Below are positions 30,801 to 38,610 of a stretch of 40,008 nucleotides of DNA, piece by piece (positions within the stretch are counted from its first letter, which is position 1; each line of letters begins with the position of its first letter). The notes under the pieces were generated by a model. The model made no database searches, was not told where the DNA came from, and was given only the letters and a program-made list of their open reading frames with translations. A program made the position numbers and the translations under genes. The stretch covers positions 1 through 40,008 of the forward strand of contig JBBSLN010000001.1 of NCBI GenBank assembly GCA_038255205.1. Direction: 5' to 3'. The stretch is from Flavobacteriales bacterium. GTDB lineage: Bacteria > Bacteroidota > Bacteroidia > Flavobacteriales > Flavobacteriaceae.

Positions 30801-33800
30801 AGAGGATTGTTCTGATGATTTTTATGAAGTAGCACTTGCAAATTCAAACTTATTATTTGAATATGCAACAGACTCTGTTAAAGGAATTTTCCTTAAATCC
30901 TATGAACCGTATTGTCTTGCAAATGCGGTTGAGGAATTATATGTTGAGGAATTAATGCTAGATTACCATTTTACTTTATATTATTATGATCAAAGTAAAA
31001 ATCTAGTTAAAACAGTGCCCCCTCAAGGTGTCGCAATTGCCAATTCCACTGAATTAGCCCAAATCCAAAATTATAGAAACGGATTTGGAACGGCCTTTCA
31101 CAACGCCCACTCGTTTGAAACGGAATATTTTTATAATAGTCTTAATAGCATAACCGATCAAGTTACTCCTGATGCCGGTCAATCCAGATTCTGGTATGAT
31201 TTAGTAGGTAGATTAGTCGTTTCTCAAAATTCCGAACAGGCCCTTGCAGGACGTTTTGTAGGAAATTACACTATTTATGATGAATTAGGCAGAATAACTG
31301 AAGTAGGTGAAATTGAAAATGATTCTACGATGACGGACTTTATTTCCAGAAATCCAGTATTTCTTGAGAATTGGATCAATTTAGGAATAAGGTCTGAAGT
31401 AATACAAACCTACTATGATTCACCACCATCAACATTGTCTTTTTTTAGCCAAAATAATATGAGGAATCGAGTTGCGGCTACCACCTATGAAGATGCTTAT
31501 GATAATGATATTAATACTTATCAAACTGCCTCTCATTTCAATTATGATATTTTAGGTAATGTACATTCCTTACTTCAAGAAAATCGTTCACTTTCCTCAA
31601 TTGGTAAAGCGTTTAAAAGAGTTGATTATTTCTTTGATTTAGCAAGTGGCAAAATCAATAAATTATGTTATCAATGTGATTCCATTGATCAATTTATACA
31701 TGTATACGAATATGATGCCGATAACCGTTTAATAACCACATTGACAAGCACCGATTCTATCGGTTGGGAATATGATGCTGATTATATTTATTATGATCAT
31801 GGACCATTAGCTCGAACTATTCTTGGAAATGAACGTGTTCAAGGCATCGATTATGCTTATACGCTGCAAGGTTGGCAAAAAGGAGTAAATGCATCAGTTG
31901 CTTTGAATCACAAGCCTCTTACCTCTGATATGGGATTAGACGGTATTGGAGCCGGGGGAGTAAATCCCATAGCTCAAGATGCATTTGGCTACACAATTGG
32001 TTATCACGCTCAGGATTATGTTTCCATTGGCACCACCCAACCCAGATTTGAAGCTGAGTATGAAGGAACTTCTTTCGGCGATAGCTCTTATTTAGTATCC
32101 GCTACTTATAACCGTGGATTATATAATGGAAATATTAGGCATATAGTAGTATCAAACACTGCCCTTGACTCAGTAACAATGGGTTATAAGTATGAATATG
32201 ACCAGTTAAATCGGATCACAGGAATGAAAGCATTTACTGATATTTTAGCAGATTCTAACCTGTGGAGTAATGGAAGTGCCATCGACGATTTTAAAGAAGC
32301 CGTTCATTATGATTCCAATGGGAATATCCTAACTTATACACGTAACGGAACGCTAATGGGTGGAAACCCTTTAGCTATGGATTCTCTTTCTTATCATTAT
32401 ATTTCCGGGACAAATAAACTTTCACACGTTACAGATCGTGTTCCTAATTCAAATTACTCCAATGATATTGATGGTCAAAGAAATTTGAATTATCAATACA
32501 CAAAGGATGGAAATATGAAAGTAGATTCAAGTGAAGGACTTTGGGTATATTGGAACACGTATGGGAAAATTGATAGTTTAGTAAATAGAAATAGTAAAAT
32601 AGCATTAAAATTCGTTTATGATCCTTCCAATAATCGAATAGAAAAACGATATTATACATCACCTGGATTTAGTTATAACCTAACTCTAACAACTTATTAT
32701 ATTCGAGATTCACAAGGCAACATACTTTCAATTTATGAACTTGACAAATTAAATAAACTCAATTGGGCTGAAGTACCACTTTATGGCTCTTCCCGTGTCG
32801 GTGTATTTAATCCTGATACAATAATTTGGGAGCCAGGTTGGTCCCATTTGAATAAGCCTATTTCCAACATAATGTCAGGAAATAAAGTTTATGAATTAAC
32901 AAATCACCTAGGAAACGTATTGGCCACAATTAGCGACCAAAAACTCCCAGTGGATACAAATGGTGGAGGAACCGACTTCTATTCTCCGATATTTGTAAGT
33001 GCACAGGATTATTATCCCGGCGGGTCTCCGATGCCTGGGCGAAATTTTAACGCAAATCAATACAGGTACGGGTATAACAAAGGCTCTGAGAAAGATGATG
33101 AAATTAGCGGAGCAGGAAACCACTTTACAACTTTTTACAGAGAAGGAGATACAAGGCTAATGACTTGGTGGGGGACAGACCCGATGTCTGACTTCCTTTC
33201 TTTTCAAAGTCCATATTCATATATGAACGGCAACCCAATAAATGGAACAGATCCCAATGGCGGATTTTTTCAAGAATTGAAAAATTGGGCACTTGGCAGA
33301 GGTTGGAAATCAAATGAAGCATACAAGTTTGGCAAAACTCACTCTGATTGGAATTATGAATGGCAAGGAAATAAATTAACTGGTCATGGTACTTATAGTC
33401 ATATTGATAAAAGTACAGAAGGCGGTAATATGTCTCAAGGGATAAACTTGGGAACTTTTGAATTTGCCCAATTTGATGCGGTACAGGATATACCTCGTTT
33501 TAGTTTTTTCAAGTTTGAAGGAGAATTAATTATTGGCACAGACTTTTTTGATCAAAAATCTTCATTTACACCAGGTCCTTTTGTTGTAGCTTCTCGACCA
33601 ACAAACGAGTACAAGAAAATAAATTTTGATAAAGAACGAGACCACTTCCATCATGAAATTGGACACATAGAACAGTTTAAAGATTTAGGACCTTTATACT
33701 ATCCGATTATCGCTATTCCAAGTGCTTTGGAATATAACATTAGGAAAGACCCAACAAAACATGATAATTTTTATACGGAAAAGTGGGCAAATACGCTGTC

Positions 33801-33891
33801 AATACATAGGTTTGGGCAGTTTAGTAAGCCGTCAGATTACCCGAGTTATAAAAGAGTTTATTTCCCATTCTATAGAGCAATCCAAAAATGA
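24841..33891 (+). CDS. Giant Rhs polymorphic toxin (3016 aa) with HExxH C-terminal domain
   Basis: Signal peptide; YD repeats; core YELTNHLGNV...QDYYPGG...SPYSYMNGNPINGTDPNG; 209-aa tip after DPNG (33262-33891) with HEIGH at 33652-33666. Confidence 0.93.
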   Translation: MVRNSICILTVLIFHACYLLGQHQKFGFSPREEHFTSRLIGKDLVPGSFLKVSDDKLESSYIEQTDSIKTCISKITFKFNTEANLILPKEYSAKIFLKISGFDYQNKQIFKNKPASLLLSSEKNTISDYIHFDNVHRLEVIVDLIHFKINNRTEIPGDIFTLESDISVSRMLVFDCNDVTSLSHSYNNNYDRLTISWSPITNASEYDLEWVFVDSLSKMGGKIISSQPYRFDSVFTNNATRVSTQHNSFDISLMYPKGLLLYRVRGVNILSNYQRLTTVWTGSGVSNVFHTLGHEDSLNWESIQSFAENGLKHELVTYSDGTLRARQDVSRNNTLDTVFASESIYDHIGRKAVQSLPGSTFQGKIEFFEGLNLSTSGDAYSYLDFEAQGNCGGYPVSMDSTSGSSLYYSQSNPNNSQRPDMFTPSAEGYPFSVTEFTPDLTGRISRQGSVGQEFQIGSGHELKHFYSQPSQEELDRLFGNDVGFKDHYFLEMTTDPNGQTTLIYTDLSGNIIATGLTGQSPINLSPLDSVPPQDTIRHDLLSWINNYNDNVSMQSNASFPAKSDGNYNFVYSLNPVSLILENCQSDSICYDCLYDIEISIGSICNDSVPNGPFFKKTYSNYQLPAPFDTLCINDPAAISDSFNLYLPQGQYSVNRKVIMSAEAKDFYLEKFLRENVCTTIETFLQNQLSLIDSAGCDVDCNTCIDNLGSSGDFLNSYFNALSSGDSTYVPTASDTTCGMVYYQEAVDECMEFCLLTSCRTRYKTMLKDVSPNGQYGTYELDSSNYLVGPHSLISIFYPFGNGVYTYNHPFTLNQMGGYYKTKCGDTLKVLIEDQFYRPDELRPSDFIQYFEPEWAENLVKIHPEYPYYQFCIDNQESHLFDYGVYSTESFQEALADSQYIEFLFTENVIDIIDPYFVSGSGIALQTAFLNALKNVFAPYPSPCIGLSAIELATLITVFKDYPPPVRNAMACNPALIPDPITLCEGEQNHVWRIIKALYFLKKQLAYAFMEDIYAQNNPPYGCVNTCIGSMNPSSMLFGHYNPPAIHPQYCPLFCVNPAFSEAMPRFLNFTEASQFYWLSSDDSDEWVQEAMDQHCDTTCISQRNYWQSKVTEYCGNIPATRMDSLLDAFQAICINGCDTQHPLGSSSINPGNVPYPTYYNFQQAMENILLVSPTDAYCNASIFSLPKPFELPTSLFFSNSIVYDSIPGCTCDILDSLYVKYVSELGSGTLAGYSNYLDSVYNVNLNSTQLEELFDLCDEGGCDFLTNVISLPEMLSCPTCLKCEAVTSEVETFIENSPSVLLSQFFEEQLGLHLNEVFNFNLTPEVYFAFLDSCGMLDTLTYGTIDCDSLSQLYNWYLGTGGSSLEDSLNSKLNLTLSLDEYQSWIVRCNVVEYRDSVAQKIIPNITNPSSNVYRGYFDAFCQGPSCDDLEFFRDSLITLPDIPPLDIWFNLQFGYDWTFAQISDLLNTCEIPIPIYSDSINCSRIDSSYSDFLAQNTLDLASFMNTEVGIILTSQQWLSWISQCDILIEADTIDCDTLSTVIIYYNGLSEPRPPISMYLNNHYNLDTTSNYWIQFIDSCDLEVQENSCDSLEYYYNEVYKIDTNFDVPFFVYIHDSLGYNLTWEECADWFALCNLNICDTISCDSLEVLFTNYGNLLGPKPPVSLWLESILGYQLSSQEFEDWFESCELEAPAFNCREFFDLYHYSYLMLPIPRPTYTSYFNALLNLNFTQEQYQAWFDTCEYTPEINCSQLISILTTYNALDEPRPPIWMWIESTLQLGFTVQEYISFFDSCEYEIPNIECDSINSLISVYNSINPRPPVAIYFNTLLGLELSHQQYMAWIDSCDITVDLPLICDSLNVAYSHFTTLFDTSSMLTPLDSFITWYVSGSVPITANNPYSFAELVLLIDSCEIQITDSLTCYGLQNVISEYTSIASGSITLEEYLNSIFDLNETILFYQSILDTCEIFTYTEHFLCNQPIFPGFLIEEDCSDDFYEVALANSNLLFEYATDSVKGIFLKSYEPYCLANAVEELYVEELMLDYHFTLYYYDQSKNLVKTVPPQGVAIANSTELAQIQNYRNGFGTAFHNAHSFETEYFYNSLNSITDQVTPDAGQSRFWYDLVGRLVVSQNSEQALAGRFVGNYTIYDELGRITEVGEIENDSTMTDFISRNPVFLENWINLGIRSEVIQTYYDSPPSTLSFFSQNNMRNRVAATTYEDAYDNDINTYQTASHFNYDILGNVHSLLQENRSLSSIGKAFKRVDYFFDLASGKINKLCYQCDSIDQFIHVYEYDADNRLITTLTSTDSIGWEYDADYIYYDHGPLARTILGNERVQGIDYAYTLQGWQKGVNASVALNHKPLTSDMGLDGIGAGGVNPIAQDAFGYTIGYHAQDYVSIGTTQPRFEAEYEGTSFGDSSYLVSATYNRGLYNGNIRHIVVSNTALDSVTMGYKYEYDQLNRITGMKAFTDILADSNLWSNGSAIDDFKEAVHYDSNGNILTYTRNGTLMGGNPLAMDSLSYHYISGTNKLSHVTDRVPNSNYSNDIDGQRNLNYQYTKDGNMKVDSSEGLWVYWNTYGKIDSLVNRNSKIALKFVYDPSNNRIEKRYYTSPGFSYNLTLTTYYIRDSQGNILSIYELDKLNKLNWAEVPLYGSSRVGVFNPDTIIWEPGWSHLNKPISNIMSGNKVYELTNHLGNVLATISDQKLPVDTNGGGTDFYSPIFVSAQDYYPGGSPMPGRNFNANQYRYGYNKGSEKDDEISGAGNHFTTFYREGDTRLMTWWGTDPMSDFLSFQSPYSYMNGNPINGTDPNGGFFQELKNWALGRGWKSNEAYKFGKTHSDWNYEWQGNKLTGHGTYSHIDKSTEGGNMSQGINLGTFEFAQFDAVQDIPRFSFFKFEGELIIGTDFFDQKSSFTPGPFVVASRPTNEYKKINFDKERDHFHHEIGHIEQFKDLGPLYYPIIAIPSALEYNIRKDPTKHDNFYTEKWANTLSIHRFGQFSKPSDYPSYKRVYFPFYRAIQK
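28471..30735 (+). repeat. About 13 degenerate Cys-bracketed 43-56-aa protein repeats within the Rhs
   Basis: Consensus C-D-S-L-x6-Y...(PRPP)...LN-x2-LGL-x-LT-x2-QY-x2-W-x-DSC, read from the translation. Confidence 0.85.
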
Positions 33892-34316
33892 TAGTTATGG
33901 GAAAACATTTTTTGCTTATTGTACTTTGGTCGTTCCCATTTTTGGAAGGATGTGTTGTTGATAAATTCGACTCTCGTTTAAAATTTGTCAACAACACCAA
34001 TTCTCCTGTATTTATTCATGGCAATTTTTCTTTACGGAATGATACTGTTATTCATTGTGATGGATGTTACTCAAATATAAGAGAGGGCGACTATTACAAC
34101 CCTAAGGACACAGCAGAAATAGGCTTACACGGAAAACTCTACGATGAATATTTAGAACAGTCCCCTGAAGAAGTATATAGGATTTTTGTTTTTGCTTCAG
34201 ATACTATAAAAAAGTACGGTTGGGAAAAGGCAAAGAACAATTATATGATTTTGAAACGCTACGATGTTACCCTTAAATACATCAAAGAAAATAACTGGAT
34301 TATAACCTTCCCTTGA
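33888..34316 (+). CDS. Putative cognate immunity lipoprotein
   Basis: ATGA overlap with the Rhs stop; lipobox PFLEG-C; 142 aa. Confidence 0.8.
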   Translation: MIVMGKHFLLIVLWSFPFLEGCVVDKFDSRLKFVNNTNSPVFIHGNFSLRNDTVIHCDGCYSNIREGDYYNPKDTAEIGLHGKLYDEYLEQSPEEVYRIFVFASDTIKKYGWEKAKNNYMILKRYDVTLKYIKENNWIITFP

Positions 34317-34327
34317 TTAACCTAGCT

Positions 34328-34352
34328 CAAAGCCCCATAATCGGGGCTTTTG
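34328..34352. terminator. Bidirectional intrinsic terminator
   Basis: CAAAGCCCC-ataatc-GGGGCTTTTG between the convergent immunity and XRE genes. Confidence 0.8.
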
Positions 34353-34354
34353 TT

Positions 34355-34678
34355 TTATAGAGCTTTTAACTTCGCAGCTTTAATAAGCCCATCAAGCGTA
34401 TAGAAAATGTTTTGTTTGTCGTTATCGGGCAGCTTCTCAATATCTTGTAAGCGTTTGAGTGTTTTTTTATCAAGCACTTTAAGTTCCCCACCTACCAAAT
34501 AATCTAAACTTACTTCCAACGCATCCGCCAATTTTTTAGCGGTCTCAATGCTGGGCTTCATCTCATCACGCTCATACTTGCCAACAATATCACCATTTAC
34601 GCCAGAGAGCTTGCCAAGCTCCGCTTGTGACATCTCTTTTTGCTTACGCACCGAAGTTATTTTTTGTCCGAAAGTCAT
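34355..34678 (-). CDS. XRE-family HTH transcriptional regulator
   Basis: FGQKITSVRKQKEMSQAELG...VGKYERDEMKPSIETAKKLADALEVSLDYLV. Confidence 0.95.
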   Translation of the reverse strand: MTFGQKITSVRKQKEMSQAELGKLSGVNGDIVGKYERDEMKPSIETAKKLADALEVSLDYLVGGELKVLDKKTLKRLQDIEKLPDNDKQNIFYTLDGLIKAAKLKAL

Positions 34679-34719
34679 CAGTATTGTTCAGTTTTTAGTG
34701 GTAAAAAAGTTAATCAGGG

Positions 34720-34802
34720 CAAATTTAAGTGAATTAACATTCATAAACAATTTGATTAGTTCTTGTTTTGTTCAGAAGGATACTATACTTTTGTGAAGGA
34801 TT
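34720..34802. promoter_or_regulatory. Divergent Bacteroidota promoters between XRE and ATPase
   Basis: TAAATTTG on minus (34720-34727) and TACTTTTG on plus (34786-34793), each with TTG about 20 nt upstream; GAAGGAT repeated at 34775 and 34795 may be an operator. Confidence 0.55.
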
Positions 34803-34827
34803 ATTCAGTAAAAACTATTTTTAAACA

Positions 34828-36495
34828 ATGGAAACAAGCCAACTCATTACCACCAATGCCGAAGAAATGTATTACGAAAACGCACTACTCAAACAAACTG
34901 TACTGGGCGGAATAAAATTAGAAGGCTTGGACAGAATGCGAGTAACCTTAAAAGTAGAGTTGAAAGATGCACCACGCCCACCCGTAAGGCACAACTTAGA
35001 TTTATACAACGATAACCAATTAGAAAAATTTATCCGCAAAATAGCAGAACGCTTAGAAATAGGCACGGCAGTAATAGCAGCCAGTTTAAGCGAACTAACC
35101 AACGAGTTAGAAAAATACCGATTAGTAAAAATAAAAGAACAACAAGCCGAAATACCACAAACAAAGCCATTAACAGAAACAGAAAAACAAACAGCCAAAG
35201 AAAATTTACAAGTAGAAAACCTATTGCAACAAACCTTAGAAGATTTACAACACACAGGCATACAGGGCGAAGCAGAGAACGCAGTGATATTATTAATGGC
35301 AATGAGCAGCCGAAAATTACACGACCCTTTGAGTGTGATATGCTTGGCAAAAAGCGGAACAGGCAAAAGTTATTTAATGGAACGAGTGGCCATGTGCATA
35401 CCCGAAGATGATAAAAGAGAGCACACCCAATTTAGCGGCAATAGCTTCTATTACTTTAAACGAGAAGAAATAAGGGGCAAAGTTTTTTTGATAGAAGATT
35501 TACACGGAGCAATGAATGTACTGTTCCCAATAGCAGAACTACAAACAAAAAAACGAATTAGTAAAACAGTAACCATAAAAGATAAAAGCGGACAACTAAG
35601 AACCATCACGTTAATAGTTGAAGGGCCTGTAAGCGTTATAGCCTGCACCACACGAGAGAAAATATATGAAGATAACTCCAACCGTTCAATACTGATTTAT
35701 TTAGATGGAAGCAAAGAACAGGACGAAAAAATAATGCACTACCAAAAACAAAACCGGGCAGGATTAATAGACCATTTTTCAGAAAAGCAAATGCAAAAAA
35801 AATTAATGCAGATGCAACAAGTATTAGAACCGATACGAGTAATAAATCCTTTTGCACCACTGATAAATTTACCCAAAGAGATTTTTAAACCACGCAGGAC
35901 ATTACCGATTTTACTCAGCTTTATTGAAGCCACTACATTTTATTGCCAGTACCAAAGAGAAACAAAAGCAGACGAGCAAACCGGAGAAGTTTATATAGAA
36001 ACACATCCGCAGGATATTGAATGGGCTTGCAAACTCTTGAAAGATGTGCTGTTTAGAAAGGGCGATGAACTAAGCGGCATCATCAGAGAATTTTATCAAT
36101 GGTTAAAAAAATGGCAAGAGCAGAAAAAGCAAAAACAGTTTTATGCCAATGATATAAGGAAACAGAACGGTATTAACCCGAGAACATTAAACAGGTATTT
36201 ACAGGAGCTAACAGATTACGGACTGTTACAAATAGCAGGAGGCAACAAGCACCGCACTGGGTACGCTTACAAAATCATAGCAGGAAAAGACTTTGAGCAA
36301 ATGCAAAGCAGCATTGAAGCGCAAATAAAACAAGTGCTTGAAAATGTTTGGAAAGCCTACGAACAAAGAAAAGCAGAACCGGAGAAACCAAAATCCACAA
36401 AATCAGGAAAGTTGAGCGAAGCGAAATCCCGCAGCATTGCGGGAAAAACAAGTAAGCCAGTTAGCCAAGAGTTGGACAAAGTAGTAAATGACTAA
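34828..36495 (+). CDS. P-loop ATPase/helicase-like protein with C-terminal HTH (primase-helicase family without primase domain)
   Basis: Walker A AKSGTGKS, Walker B VFLIED, EDNSNRS, PRRT; C-terminal PRTLNRYLQELTDYGLL; no CHC2 finger or Toprim motif seen. Confidence 0.75.
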   Translation: METSQLITTNAEEMYYENALLKQTVLGGIKLEGLDRMRVTLKVELKDAPRPPVRHNLDLYNDNQLEKFIRKIAERLEIGTAVIAASLSELTNELEKYRLVKIKEQQAEIPQTKPLTETEKQTAKENLQVENLLQQTLEDLQHTGIQGEAENAVILLMAMSSRKLHDPLSVICLAKSGTGKSYLMERVAMCIPEDDKREHTQFSGNSFYYFKREEIRGKVFLIEDLHGAMNVLFPIAELQTKKRISKTVTIKDKSGQLRTITLIVEGPVSVIACTTREKIYEDNSNRSILIYLDGSKEQDEKIMHYQKQNRAGLIDHFSEKQMQKKLMQMQQVLEPIRVINPFAPLINLPKEIFKPRRTLPILLSFIEATTFYCQYQRETKADEQTGEVYIETHPQDIEWACKLLKDVLFRKGDELSGIIREFYQWLKKWQEQKKQKQFYANDIRKQNGINPRTLNRYLQELTDYGLLQIAGGNKHRTGYAYKIIAGKDFEQMQSSIEAQIKQVLENVWKAYEQRKAEPEKPKSTKSGKLSEAKSRSIAGKTSKPVSQELDKVVND

Positions 36496-36559
36496 CTGAA
36501 AGGCTTATCAGTCAAAGGCTTTAGGGCAGTTAGCCAATCGTTTTAAAAAATGCAAGCAC

Positions 36560-37573
36560 ATGAAAAATTTATCAATCAAAAGTCAACCCTTCCAGTATCT
36601 TGAAAAATCCTTCAGGGAATGGTTAGACGTATTGGGCTATGCACAAACAACGGTTTACCAAATGCCCAACAGCCTGAGAGAATTTTTTTACTACTTAGAA
36701 CAAAACCACATTACACAGCTTCCGCAAATAGAAATAAAACACTTTAGAGAATATTACGCACAACTGAAAAACCGGAGCAACACAAGGCGGGGCGGTGGAC
36801 TCTCCAACAGTTATTTAAACAAGCATTTACAGGCATTATACAAGTTCACAGAGTATTTAAGACAAAGCGGGAGAATGGTTTTACCATCGCTGAATATTGA
36901 ATGGGAAGCAAACGATACGGACGAAATTATTTTTTTAACACAGGATGAAATCAAAGAACTGTTTGCAGCAACTTACGGCTACAATGAAGGCACAGCATTA
37001 GAACCGCTCAACAGCAGGGACAGGGCTATACTCAGTATATTTTACGGATGTGGATTAAGAAGAAACGAGGGTTACCATTTAGATTTATCGGACATCAATT
37101 TTGACAGGCAAATCATCCACGTAAGAATGGGAAAGGCTTATAAAGAAAGATTTGTACCGTTTAATAAATCATTAGCAAAACATTTACAGGATTATGTTTA
37201 TGATGCAAGACCGCTAATAGTGAATGACAAAAGAGAAGAAGCATTTTTTATAAGTCAGCGGGGAATAAGAATGAACGGCATGAGCATGAGTTTACGCCTG
37301 AAATTATTACAGCAAAGAACCGATAACATAGAACTGCAAAATAAAAATGTAAGGCTGCATGTATTGCGCCATTCCATCGCAACGCACTTTTTACAAAACG
37401 GAATGAGCCTTGAAAAAATCGCAAGGTTCTTAGGTCACGCATCCTTAGAAAGCACACAGGTTTACACGCATTTAGTGGAAGCAGATAAAAATGGAACAGA
37501 GCCACTAAAACCACAGCCATACAACAACATCCCGAAATATGAATACTTTAAACTGCATAAGGACGAACTATGA
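36560..37573 (+). CDS. XerC/D-like tyrosine recombinase
   Basis: YGCGLRRNE, GKAYKER, LHVLRHSIATH and LGHASLESTQVYTH give a full catalytic set. Confidence 0.95.
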   Translation: MKNLSIKSQPFQYLEKSFREWLDVLGYAQTTVYQMPNSLREFFYYLEQNHITQLPQIEIKHFREYYAQLKNRSNTRRGGGLSNSYLNKHLQALYKFTEYLRQSGRMVLPSLNIEWEANDTDEIIFLTQDEIKELFAATYGYNEGTALEPLNSRDRAILSIFYGCGLRRNEGYHLDLSDINFDRQIIHVRMGKAYKERFVPFNKSLAKHLQDYVYDARPLIVNDKREEAFFISQRGIRMNGMSMSLRLKLLQQRTDNIELQNKNVRLHVLRHSIATHFLQNGMSLEKIARFLGHASLESTQVYTHLVEADKNGTEPLKPQPYNNIPKYEYFKLHKDEL

Positions 37574-38592
37574 GCGGAAAAATAAAACTCGGAAAAACAA
37601 GAGACAGCAGAACCCGGAGAAAGGCGAAAACACAGGATGCAGAAGCTGTTTTACAATTACAGCAGGAGTTAAAAGAACAGACAGAATTTACCAACTATCT
37701 TTTAATGAAAGGCTTTAGCACAGCCACAATAAAACGATTTATAAAAGACACGGATTATTTTTTAAAGTGGAGTGAAAAAGAAAATGTACCCATCGAAAAT
37801 GCAAGCTATGCAGATGTATTACACTTCATACAAGGCAAGCGGAATAAGGTAAAGCAAAGAACCATCAGCATACAGATAAACAGTTTAAAACACTACTTTA
37901 ATTTTTTAGCCACCACCGGACAAGCAGGAGAAAACCCAACCACACAAATACAAATCAGGGGAATAAAGAGAAAGACCCTTTACGATATACTCAAGAAAAG
38001 CGAATTAGAAAGCCTGTACAACAACTTTGAATTGCCGAAAGAAGATAATCCTAATAAAAATCAGAACTGGTTTAAAACGGCTGTATTGGCTTCAAAGCGG
38101 AATAAAGTGATATTGGGTTTAATGGTGTACCAGGGCTTAACAGTTTATGAACTCGGAACACTTACCGAAAAAGACATGAAGCTGAGAGAAGGAAAAGTTT
38201 TTGTAGCAGGAAGCAGAAGAAGCGAAGAAAGAACATTGACTTTAGAAGCTCACCAAATATTAGATATTATGGAATATCAGTTGAAAACACGCAATGAAAT
38301 TTTACAGCAAACCAAAAAGCAGAGTGATAATTTTTTTGTCAGCACCGGAGTAAGCGAACATTTTAACAACACTATGCAAAAGCTGATGCAGAAGCTGCAC
38401 AAACAGAATAGCAAAGTAACAACAGCAAAACAAATCCGTGCAAGCGTAATTACTCATTGGCTGAAACTCTATAATCTTAGACAAGTTCAATACATGGCCG
38501 GACATCGTTTTGTAAGTTCAACAGAGGCTTATTTAGTGAATGATTTAGACGACCTCTCAGAAGACGTATCAAAGTTCCATCCGATAAATTAA
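37570..38592 (+). CDS. Second tyrosine recombinase-like protein with non-canonical active site
   Basis: YQGLTVYEL (Arg replaced by Thr), KQIRASVIT (HxxR reads QIR), AGHRFVSSTEAY; ATGA overlap with the first recombinase. Confidence 0.88.
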   Translation: MSGKIKLGKTRDSRTRRKAKTQDAEAVLQLQQELKEQTEFTNYLLMKGFSTATIKRFIKDTDYFLKWSEKENVPIENASYADVLHFIQGKRNKVKQRTISIQINSLKHYFNFLATTGQAGENPTTQIQIRGIKRKTLYDILKKSELESLYNNFELPKEDNPNKNQNWFKTAVLASKRNKVILGLMVYQGLTVYELGTLTEKDMKLREGKVFVAGSRRSEERTLTLEAHQILDIMEYQLKTRNEILQQTKKQSDNFFVSTGVSEHFNNTMQKLMQKLHKQNSKVTTAKQIRASVITHWLKLYNLRQVQYMAGHRFVSSTEAYLVNDLDDLSEDVSKFHPIN

Positions 38593-38610
38593 AAATCCAC
38601 CCACAGCCCC

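Noticed and set aside
34872-35933. Several minus-strand ORFs up to 164 aa
   Set aside because: They are antisense shadows of the A-rich ATPase gene. The same applies to the short ORFs nested in the integrases, TcB-like and Rhs genes.
9241-38592. Naming any recombinase as chromosomal xerC/xerD or an integron integrase
   Set aside because: All sit in mobile contexts, and no IntI-specific insertion or cassette array was recognised.
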